Virus record (IMG/VR): IMGVR_UViG_3300050514_000222
DNA: 20,000 bases
Strand: one strand, 5' to 3'
From: an uncultured virus (IMG/VR IMGVR_UViG_3300050514_000222)
Lineage: Duplodnaviria > Heunggongvirae > Uroviricota > Caudoviricetes
Each line of letters opens with the position of its first letter. Within the stretch, counting starts at the first letter, position 1. The translations under genes were made by a program, and so were the position numbers. The notes below the pieces were generated by a model. The model did not search any database. It saw only the letters and a program-made list of their open reading frames with translations, and had not been told where the DNA came from. Below are positions 1 through 7,192 of this stretch, one piece after another.

Positions 1-35
1 CGCTGCCGCCCGGACTGAAGATCGGAGGCTGAGGC

Positions 36-353
36 ATGGCGTCCAGACAGGACCTGCGGGACGTGATCGAGCTCGCGGCGCGCGCCATCGGCGCCGGCGA
101 GGACACCGGCGTCTTCGCGGCGGAGGATGCGGCCGCGGCCGCGGCGGCCTCCGGAGGCGCGCAACCGGTCGGCGCGCCCACGCCGGTGCAGCTCGGGATC
201 GCGACCACTGTCGCGGCGCCGATGATGGGGACGGTCGCCGGCAACGCGGACCTGACGTACGAGCTCACGCCGGACCAGGCCGCGCAGGTCGCCGCCGCGT
301 TCTCCGGCCTCGTGCAGCAGCTCAAGGACAAGGTGGCGGGGATTGAGGTCTAA
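36..353 (+). CDS. Hypothetical protein, probably virion-associated
   Basis: GGAGG/GAGG upstream of ATG; stop overlaps the next start (TAATG). Confidence 0.75.
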   Translation: MASRQDLRDVIELAARAIGAGEDTGVFAAEDAAAAAAASGGAQPVGAPTPVQLGIATTVAAPMMGTVAGNADLTYELTPDQAAQVAAAFSGLVQQLKDKVAGIEV

Positions 354-2008
354 TGTCCGCGGGCGTCACGCAACCCGGTGGTGCCGGCACGACGATCTTC
401 GTGTACGACAACACGCACGGGGACGCGGGCGGCGACGGCTCCTACTCCTTCGCCGACATCCTGGCCGCGATGAATACGCTGCGGCCGGGTCAGTCCGACA
501 TCGAGGGCGAGAAGGGTTCCGTCAGCGGAAACGCGCCCGCACGCACGAAATACATGATCAACGTCTCGATTCAGCTCGGCGGCGGCGCCGGGGACGGGAC
601 GCTCATCACGACGTTCAAGGACCTGAACGTCGACGTCGACTGGCGCAGCGGGTCGATGCTCTACCGATCGGGCGGCGGCGTGATCGAGACGCGGCTGGGC
701 ACCCAGACCGGGGTCGGGCCGCTCGGGCTCGCCGACCCGACGATGGGCGGCAAGGACGGCGTCAACATCAACAGCGGGTCGTGGACGTTCAAGAACGACC
801 TGTTCATCTTCGGTTGCAAGTTCATCTGCTCGAACGTCTACCAGGTCCAGACGATCGGCGGATCCACGCAGACGCTCGCCGGCAACACGTTCGTGGTCTC
901 CGGCGTGAACAACATCTTCGGGGACTCGACTTCGCTCGGGCTCTGGTACAACAACGTGTTCGTGCTCACGACGACGAGCGGGAACGCGATCAACGGGATG
1001 CGCCAGCAGGACGGCCGCGGAAACAAGTTCTTCTGCACGACGCCGCTCCAGATCCTGAGCGCGAGCCAAGCGACGGCGCGGATCCAGGGCGCGAACCTCT
1101 CCGGCGCGCCGTCGGTGGCCTACCTCAAGCCGACCGCGACGGACGCGAGCGACTGGAAGATCATCGACGTCGTCTTCCAGGACGACTCGCCGAGGGTCAC
1201 CTACTCGGTGGACCACACGCTCGCACAGGCGCTCCAGCAGTTCGGCCGGATCAACACGCACGTCGAGGACGGGACCAATCCGCTCGCGAACATCCCGGTC
1301 CGGCTCGTCTCGAGCGTGGCCGCGGACGACGGTGCCGGCGGCTCGAACGGCGGCGTGATCGTGGACACGAAGACGTTCGGAGACGGGGACCTCGGCTTCA
1401 CGCACGGACCGTCCGGCTACGCGAACGCTGTGCTCCTGCGCGAGTACTACCGCTCTGGCGGCGTGAACCTGGTACGCGACCGGACGTTCACGCTGTACGT
1501 CAACTACCCGGGCGGGGCGTACGCGCCGAACGCGGCGTACGGGAAGTACTCGCTCGTCTTCCAGTGGCCGGGGATCAACACGTTCAAGGGTGTCTACCAG
1601 GCCGGCGGAGGCACGTTCACGCCGTGCCTCCTGCCGATCACGCTGCCGGCCGCGGTCGGCCCTACGGCCGACTTCCGCTACACGCCGGGCGGGGGGTCCC
1701 CGGGCGTCTCGGTGACCTTCACGGACGAGTCGGTCGCGGGGGACGCCACGATCACGACCTGGGCGTGGACCTTCGGGGACGGCGGGACGTCCGCGGCGCA
1801 GAATCCGACGCACGTCTACGCGGCGGGCGGCCTCTACACCGTGGGCCTGACCGTGACGACGACGGTGGGATCCAGCGTGAAGACCGTGACGGGGGCCGTG
1901 TACGTCGCCACGCCGGCGTCTGTGGTTCCGGTCCGTGCGGCGGACGTGCCGCTACCGGAGCCCGGGGAGCTGAGGTATGAGGGAGTCGTGCCGGCGGTGC
2001 TCCCGTGA
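353..2008 (+). CDS. Virion structural/tail protein with C-terminal PKD domain
   Basis: 551 aa, Gly/Thr/Asn-rich and beta-rich. PKD signature PTADF...VTFTDES...WAWTFGDG...NPTHVY..GGLYTVGLTV at about 1661-1906. Confidence 0.85.
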   Translation: MSAGVTQPGGAGTTIFVYDNTHGDAGGDGSYSFADILAAMNTLRPGQSDIEGEKGSVSGNAPARTKYMINVSIQLGGGAGDGTLITTFKDLNVDVDWRSGSMLYRSGGGVIETRLGTQTGVGPLGLADPTMGGKDGVNINSGSWTFKNDLFIFGCKFICSNVYQVQTIGGSTQTLAGNTFVVSGVNNIFGDSTSLGLWYNNVFVLTTTSGNAINGMRQQDGRGNKFFCTTPLQILSASQATARIQGANLSGAPSVAYLKPTATDASDWKIIDVVFQDDSPRVTYSVDHTLAQALQQFGRINTHVEDGTNPLANIPVRLVSSVAADDGAGGSNGGVIVDTKTFGDGDLGFTHGPSGYANAVLLREYYRSGGVNLVRDRTFTLYVNYPGGAYAPNAAYGKYSLVFQWPGINTFKGVYQAGGGTFTPCLLPITLPAAVGPTADFRYTPGGGSPGVSVTFTDESVAGDATITTWAWTFGDGGTSAAQNPTHVYAAGGLYTVGLTVTTTVGSSVKTVTGAVYVATPASVVPVRAADVPLPEPGELRYEGVVPAVLP

Positions 2009-2358
2009 GCCCGGAGCTGCGTGCCGCGGCCGTGGAGGGGTTCGAGGGGATCACGCCGGCCGTGGCGGCCGTGGAGCTGGCGGCCGCGGCGGCCGAGCGG
2101 TTCGAGGACATGGCGCCCGTCCCGTACGGCGGGCAGGCCGGCTGGATCTCCCAGTACGTGACGATCGGCGGCGTGGAGATCCCGGCGGGTGCGGTGCCGA
2201 GCGGGCTGGTGGCGGCCACGCGCGCGGTGGAGCTCCAGGAGGCGGCCGTGGTGGCGTTCGACGGCATGGTCCCGTTGGTCCGGGTGACGGAGATCCAGGC
2301 GGACGGCCCGCTCGAGGGGATCACGCCGGCGGTGACGGTGACGGAGATCGGAGGGTGA
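2005..2358 (+). CDS. Hypothetical protein with short internal repeats (FEGITPAV-like)
   Basis: GTGA overlap with the upstream stop; four copies of a [FL][ED][GD]xxP motif. Confidence 0.7.
   Translation: MSPELRAAAVEGFEGITPAVAAVELAAAAAERFEDMAPVPYGGQAGWISQYVTIGGVEIPAGAVPSGLVAATRAVELQEAAVVAFDGMVPLVRVTEIQADGPLEGITPAVTVTEIGG
2042..2330 (+). repeat. 19-bp direct repeat TCGAGGGGATCACGCCGGC (2042-2060 and 2312-2330)
   Basis: Two identical copies, both encoding EGITPA within the CDS. Confidence 0.9.
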
Positions 2359-2359
2359 T

Positions 2360-2722
2360 GTGTCCAACCTGATGCCGGAGGTGCCGCGGGAGGTGCACGT
2401 GGGCGACGTCGGCCGCCGGCTGTCGTTCGCGTTCCTCAAGGCCACCCGGCTCGAGGTGCAGACGCTGACCGGCTACGCAGCGTGGGTGAAGTTCTGGTAC
2501 GGCGAGACGGCGCCGCACGTCACGCGGGCGTGCGCGGTGGACGGCGTGAACGGGCTGGCGATCTACGAGCTCCTTGGCGACGAGTACACCACGGTCGGCG
2601 AGCTCCTCGTCCAGTTCACAGTGTCCACCCCGGATTGGTACGCCGGCGGCGCGCCGGGACGGTTCTTCGCCCGCGTCTCCTCCGACATCATCCGGATGGT
2701 CGTCAAGCGGAGGCCGACGTGA
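2360..2722 (+). CDS. BppU N-terminal-like (baseplate/adaptor) protein
   Basis: Pattern VGDVGRRLSF...LTGY...G.AIY...G..LVQFTV resembles phage BppU_N-like domains; tail-module context. Confidence 0.6.
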   Translation: MSNLMPEVPREVHVGDVGRRLSFAFLKATRLEVQTLTGYAAWVKFWYGETAPHVTRACAVDGVNGLAIYELLGDEYTTVGELLVQFTVSTPDWYAGGAPGRFFARVSSDIIRMVVKRRPT

Positions 2723-4056
2723 GACGCCTGCCGCCGGTCTGGGACGGGGACCAGGGGCCGATCATGCGGTTCCCGGTGCGTGACGGGGCGAACCTCCGCG
2801 ACCTGGCCACGGCGACCGTCGAGGTCTACATCGAGAACGCCCAGGACGGCACCCGTATCGGGATGCGCCCCGGCTACATCGTCGGGACCAAAGCGTCCGG
2901 CGCCGTGGACGTCATGCTGAAGGGCGCGGAGACCGACTGGGGCGGCCTGGGTGCGGAGATCGTGCTGATCCCGCGGTTCTACTATGCCCAGACGATGGCG
3001 GCCGCGGGCGCGCCGGCGACCAACCTGCTCGCGAACGCCTCCTTCGACACGGACGGCAACGCGGACGGCGTGGCGGACTCCTGGAGCCTCCAGGGAGCCA
3101 AGACGGCCACCTGGGCGGTCGGTACGGACGACCCGGCCCCTCCGGTCATCTACGGGGCCTACCAGGCGGTCACGCACGCCGCCCTGACGGATCCGGACTA
3201 CATCCAGCAGGTCCTGGCGCCCACGTTGGCGCCCGGCGACGTGCTGTCCGTCGGGTGCTGGCACCGGAGCTACGGGGGAGCCGGCGAGGCGGCCTCGAAC
3301 GGGCACGCCCTGTTCTTCCACTTGGGTGCCACCGCCAACTCCTACGCGCAGCTGCGGGTGGGGGACAACGACTGGTACTTCACGATAGGGTCGGTGACCG
3401 CGGACGCGGCCTACGTGGCCGCCACGATGGGGATCGACCTCCGCGGGACGACCCTGTCGAACCGGCTGGACGAGGCGTTCGCGTTCGTCGGCCGGTGGTA
3501 CGTGTTCCATGGGGAGCGGAAGACGTTGCCGGTCCGGGCGTCGGTGGCCGTGTCGAAGAACTCGAACCAGATCGCCGGCGTCGGCGGGTTCGAGCAGGAC
3601 AGCGTAGGAGCGGGCTTCCCGGACGCGTGGAGCAATCAGGCGCCCGGGGTGACCTTCTCCATCGAGAAGGCACCCGCGAACGTCTCCGAGGGCCGGGCGG
3701 CCCTGAAGGTGGTACTGACCAACCAGTCCGCGAACCGAATCCGGCTGATCTGGCCCGGTAAGTATCTGGCCGGTGAGACCTGGAGGGTCGCGGTGGCCTC
3801 CAAGACCTCCGGAGCTCTCACCCCGGGCGGTGGCACCGGAGGGTACGCGGTGCAGCTCGCCACCGAACGGTTCGACGGGCCGGTCCAGACGTCCACGCTC
3901 GCGGCGCTGCCGACCAACGCGGCCGCCTACGCGGACACGACGGCGGACCTGGCGCTGACCGCGGATCGGAACCGGCTGATCGTGGACGTCTACCTGAACG
4001 GGGAGACGGGTACGGCTTGGTTGGACAACGTGAGGTTGTTCCGTGTGACGCCGTAG
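2719..4056 (+). CDS. Putative receptor-binding/tail protein: BppU-like N-terminus plus two CBM4/9-like carbohydrate-binding modules
   Basis: Start re-called at GTG 2719 (GGAGG RBS, GTGA overlap). Motifs NLLANASFD...DGVADSW, NQIAGVGGFEQD...FPDAW and terminal GTAWLDNVRL are typical of CBM4/9 jelly rolls. Confidence 0.75.
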   Translation: MRRLPPVWDGDQGPIMRFPVRDGANLRDLATATVEVYIENAQDGTRIGMRPGYIVGTKASGAVDVMLKGAETDWGGLGAEIVLIPRFYYAQTMAAAGAPATNLLANASFDTDGNADGVADSWSLQGAKTATWAVGTDDPAPPVIYGAYQAVTHAALTDPDYIQQVLAPTLAPGDVLSVGCWHRSYGGAGEAASNGHALFFHLGATANSYAQLRVGDNDWYFTIGSVTADAAYVAATMGIDLRGTTLSNRLDEAFAFVGRWYVFHGERKTLPVRASVAVSKNSNQIAGVGGFEQDSVGAGFPDAWSNQAPGVTFSIEKAPANVSEGRAALKVVLTNQSANRIRLIWPGKYLAGETWRVAVASKTSGALTPGGGTGGYAVQLATERFDGPVQTSTLAALPTNAAAYADTTADLALTADRNRLIVDVYLNGETGTAWLDNVRLFRVTP

Positions 4057-4114
4057 GCGCGCCGTTCGCCCGGTGCGTCGGGATGGGATCCAGGGAAGCG
4101 GGACGGGAGGAACG

Positions 4115-4468
4115 GTGCACCACCAGTGGACGTTCATGCCGCACGGGGCCTGCGTGGCGTGGGATCCGTTCATCATCTGGGGGAAGGCGCTGTCGGACGC
4201 GGTGATCGCCGCGGCGTACGTGATGATCGCGATCGGCCTGATCCTGATCCTGCGTAACGGGATCGAACTGGGCGCGGGGCAGCGGGCCGTGTTGCAGCTC
4301 GTGTTCGCGGCGTTCATCGCGAGTTGCGCGATGACGCACGTGATGGACGTGTTCACCATCTGGCGGCCGTGGTACGAGCTCGACACGGTCGTGCGGATGC
4401 TCACGGCCGGTTCCTCGCTCGCGGCCGCGATGGTGCTGTGGTCCTACCTCGATCCGAACGGAGCGTGA
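4115..4468 (+). CDS. Stand-alone ethylene-receptor (ETR1-like) three-TM sensor domain protein
   Basis: GGAGG RBS then GTG 4115, 117 aa. Contains FMPHGAC..W, SDAVIAAAY (cf. ETR1 SDFFIAIAY), FAAFIASCAMTH (cf. FGAFIVLCGATH) and RMLTAGSSLAAA (cf. KVLTAVVSCATA). Confidence 0.85.
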   Translation: MHHQWTFMPHGACVAWDPFIIWGKALSDAVIAAAYVMIAIGLILILRNGIELGAGQRAVLQLVFAAFIASCAMTHVMDVFTIWRPWYELDTVVRMLTAGSSLAAAMVLWSYLDPNGA

Positions 4469-4472
4469 CGCG

Positions 4473-4832
4473 GTGAACGGGAACGAGATCCGGACCTGGA
4501 AGCGCGTGGCGGTGGTCGGCGGCGCGATCGTGACGATCCTCACGCTGGCCGGCATGGGTTACGCGATCATCCTGTTCGTCGTGAACCTGTCGCTCACGCC
4601 GGTGCGGGCGCTCAGCGAGAAGTACCATCAGGAGACGAAGGACAAGATGAACGCCGAGTCGGACGCGCGCTACACGGGCGACACCACGATCATCTACCAG
4701 GTCGGCCTGATGGCGCGCGCCCTGAGCGAACCGGATCCCGGCGCGCGGCGGGTACTGCTCGAGCAGGTGCGGGAGGTTAAGGCGCCGCCCAAACCTCCTG
4801 ATTGGAAGGACGGGACCGACGGTGGGAACTGA
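4473..4832 (+). CDS. Single-TM membrane protein in lysis cassette (holin/antiholin/spanin-like candidate)
   Basis: Hydrophobic VAVVGGAIVTILTLAGMGYAIILFVV followed by a charged helical region; lies upstream of the endolysin. Confidence 0.6.
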   Translation: MNGNEIRTWKRVAVVGGAIVTILTLAGMGYAIILFVVNLSLTPVRALSEKYHQETKDKMNAESDARYTGDTTIIYQVGLMARALSEPDPGARRVLLEQVREVKAPPKPPDWKDGTDGGN

Positions 4833-5136
4833 CGACGAGCGGGGCGAGATAAGCGAGGACCGCCAGATCAAGTTCTCCCTCAGCTTGCGGCAATTGTGGC
4901 TGCTCGTCAGCGGCTTGGTGGCCGGTGTGGCGTTCGTGGCCATCTTCGTCTACCGGATCGAGTCGGCGCGGCTCGCGAACGAGACGCGGTGGGCGGACCA
5001 GTGGCGCTATAACACGGACAACACGCGCGCGCACGCGGTGATCGACAGTCTGGTGAACGACAACCGGTGGAGGGTGCGACGGCTGGAGAAGAAGGCCGGC
5101 ATCAAGACGCACCGTCGTGACGACGAGGAGGACTGA
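4822..5136 (+). CDS. Single-TM membrane protein in lysis cassette (holin-like candidate)
   Basis: TM segment LWLLVSGLVAGVAFVAIFVY, short coiled C-terminus (RVRRLEKK); directly precedes the endolysin. Confidence 0.6.
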   Translation: MGTDDERGEISEDRQIKFSLSLRQLWLLVSGLVAGVAFVAIFVYRIESARLANETRWADQWRYNTDNTRAHAVIDSLVNDNRWRVRRLEKKAGIKTHRRDDEED

Positions 5137-5137
5137 G

Positions 5138-5581
5138 ATGGAACTGACCCTGTTCGACCTGGCGAGCCGCTACGTCGGGATCCACGAGATCGCCGGGAAC
5201 GCGGACCACCCGCTCATCCAGTGGTGGCTCTCCCTGTGCGGGTTCCCGACCACCGTGCACGACGAGGTGGCGTGGTGCTCGGCGTTCGTGAACGGGATGG
5301 CGTGGGAGCTGCGGCTCAAGCGGAGCAAGTCCGCGGCCGCGCGGTCGTGGCTCACGGTCGGGACGGCCGTGGCGCTCCGCGACGCGGTGGCCGGCTATGA
5401 CGTGGTGGTGCTGAGACGCGGGACCGAGCCGCAGCCCGGACCGGACGTGCTGGCGGCTCCCGGTCACGTGGGGCTGTACGCGGGGCCGGGGAACATCCTC
5501 GGCGGCAACCAGGGCAACGGCGTGTGCGTCGAACCGTTCGACGAGTCGCGGCTGCTCGGCGTGAGGAGGTTGGTGGCATGA
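5138..5581 (+). CDS. TIGR02594-family NlpC/P60/CHAP-like peptidoglycan hydrolase (putative endolysin)
   Basis: GAGGAGG RBS, ATG 5138. Motifs YVGIHEIAG, DEVAWCSAFVN (Cys), AARSW, GHVGLY (His), LGGNQGN. Confidence 0.88.
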   Translation: MELTLFDLASRYVGIHEIAGNADHPLIQWWLSLCGFPTTVHDEVAWCSAFVNGMAWELRLKRSKSAAARSWLTVGTAVALRDAVAGYDVVVLRRGTEPQPGPDVLAAPGHVGLYAGPGNILGGNQGNGVCVEPFDESRLLGVRRLVA

Positions 5582-5946
5582 GGAGACGGGTCACACAGAT
5601 CGTCCTGTCCGCGCTGCTCATGGTCTCGGCGGCCGTCGCCGCGGCCGGCGAGCTCGTCTGGACCAACCCTCCGGGCAGGGTGCTCGGGATCCACTTCCTG
5701 GTCACGGCCCAGGACGGCCCGGCGCCGCGTGCGTGGGACCTCTACTACCCGCTGTACTACGTGGACGCGAAGGGTGACACGACGTGGAGGTCGCATGGCG
5801 GGATGCCGGACTCGCTCGCGTTCACCGGCTCCTGCCGTTCGGCGCCGGTGACGTACGTCTTCGTGTGCTTCGCGTGGAACGAGGCCGGGGAGTGCAAGGA
5901 CCCGTCGGACGGCGGGGTCCCGGTCAGCATGGTGGTACTACCCTGA
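5578..5946 (+). CDS. Secreted protein with possible fibronectin type III-like fold
   Basis: ATGA overlap; signal peptide MRRRVTQIVLSALLMVSAAVAAA; LVWT near the N-terminus and YVFVCFAWNEAGE resembling the FN3 Y.F.V.A.N..G motif. Confidence 0.6.
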   Translation: MRRRVTQIVLSALLMVSAAVAAAGELVWTNPPGRVLGIHFLVTAQDGPAPRAWDLYYPLYYVDAKGDTTWRSHGGMPDSLAFTGSCRSAPVTYVFVCFAWNEAGECKDPSDGGVPVSMVVLP

Positions 5947-5957
5947 AAGGAGCGGAC

Positions 5958-6617
5958 ATGTTCAAGAAGATCGAGGCGGTGCTCCGGACGTCGGAGTTCT
6001 GGATGTTCCTGGCGTCGGTGATCGTCCAGGCGATCGCGGCACCGGTGCCCGACGACGTGAAGGCCGCGGCCTGGGTCTACGTGGTCGCGCGTGTCGTCAG
6101 CAAGATCGTGAAGTACAAGCCGGCGCCGGCCGCTACGGCGGCCGCGGTGACGGCTGCGGCGCTGCTCCTCCTGGCGCCGCACGCCTACGCGCAGACGAAA
6201 CCGTCCACGGCCGACCGGATGCACGTGACCGTGAACGGCGGCGCGATGGTCATCACGACCGAGCCGAACTGGTCCGGCGCGAGCCTCGGAGCGGGGATCG
6301 GCTACAACCTGCATCCGGCGCTGACCGTCTTCGGAGGTTACGACCACGGCTTCCCGGTCAAACGGGACGAGTCTCACCTGAACCTCTACCGGGTGGTCGG
6401 CAACCTGCACGTACTGCCGGACGCGTTCGTCGGGTTCGGTTACGCATGGTTCGACCGGCACACGGACGGCGCGTTGGCACAGCTCGCGCTCACGCGGCAG
6501 GTGATGCGGAGGGTGGAGGTGGCCGGGATGTACGCGCACGTGATGTCTCGATCGGCGGCTCCGGACTTCGAGTACGTCCGGGTCTGCGTGAACTACCACC
6601 TCATCGGGAAGGAGTGA
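5958..6617 (+). CDS. Holin-like 2-TM domain fused via an internal signal peptide to an 8-stranded outer-membrane beta-barrel
   Basis: AAAGGAG RBS, ATG 5958. RTSEFW..(TM)..YVVARVVSK, then KYKP-hydrophobic-AYA|Q, then eight amphipathic strands (e.g. LGAGIGYNL, FVGFGYAWF, YVRVCVNYHL). Confidence 0.72.
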   Translation: MFKKIEAVLRTSEFWMFLASVIVQAIAAPVPDDVKAAAWVYVVARVVSKIVKYKPAPAATAAAVTAAALLLLAPHAYAQTKPSTADRMHVTVNGGAMVITTEPNWSGASLGAGIGYNLHPALTVFGGYDHGFPVKRDESHLNLYRVVGNLHVLPDAFVGFGYAWFDRHTDGALAQLALTRQVMRRVEVAGMYAHVMSRSAAPDFEYVRVCVNYHLIGKE

Positions 6618-6620
6618 CCC

Positions 6621-6902
6621 GTGGCGTTCAACATCTTCACGTTCCTGTCGACCCTCCTGGGCGGCCTCGACGTGCCGGACCTGGAGACGAAGGTGGTCGC
6701 GTGGTTGGAGAACGAGGCGGCCAAGTTCCCGGACCTCACGGCCCGCATCAAGGCGCTCGAGGAGTGGATCACGGCGGAGCTCGAGGCGGTGATCCCCCAA
6801 CTGGTGCTCTCGACGATGAAGAACACGATCTTCGGGATCGCCACGGACATCATCCACGGCACGGCGACGGTGGATCCGGGCGCCTGGAAGGGGATGGTCT
6901 GA
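6621..6902 (+). CDS. Hypothetical helical protein
   Basis: AAGGAG RBS, GTG start; last gene of the + strand block. Confidence 0.75.
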   Translation: MAFNIFTFLSTLLGGLDVPDLETKVVAWLENEAAKFPDLTARIKALEEWITAELEAVIPQLVLSTMKNTIFGIATDIIHGTATVDPGAWKGMV

Positions 6903-6977
6903 CGGTGGAGGGCCGGGATCGCCGGCGCGGACGGGTCGCTTGCGGCCTCCCGACCCCGCGCCGGTCCCCGGTCCGTC
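6901..6977. terminator. Long imperfect hairpin between convergent operons (putative bidirectional terminator)
   Basis: Nested complementary pairs GACGG/CCGTC, CCGGG/CCCGG, CCGGCGCG/CGCGCCGG and GGGTCG/CGACCC. No clear U-tract. Confidence 0.6.
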
Positions 6978-6978
6978 T

Positions 6979-7182
6979 TCAGGGGTTCATCCTGATGATG
7001 TTCAACAGCAGCACTACGATCGCGGCTATCAGGAGCGCCGGCCACCAGGTCCGGAACGCACGACGCCACCACGGCTGCGCACAACGCTCGCATAGCATTC
7101 TGATCCCGTCCCAGTCGTAGTCGCCGACCCCATCGTAGCCGCACCGCTCGCAGGCTGACGGCATCAACTTCCCTTTCGTCAC
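6979..7182 (-). CDS. Small Zn-ribbon membrane protein
   Basis: CERC...CERC followed by a C-terminal hydrophobic helix; GGAGG RBS. Confidence 0.7.
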   Translation of the reverse strand: MTKGKLMPSACERCGYDGVGDYDWDGIRMLCERCAQPWWRRAFRTWWPALLIAAIVVLLLNIIRMNP

Positions 7183-7192
7183 GGTTCCTCCC

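Noticed and set aside
4468..5136. Frameshifted remainder of an ethylene-receptor histidine kinase
   Set aside because: No GAF/PAS, H-box or GGDEF motifs seen downstream; the following ORFs are intact membrane proteins.
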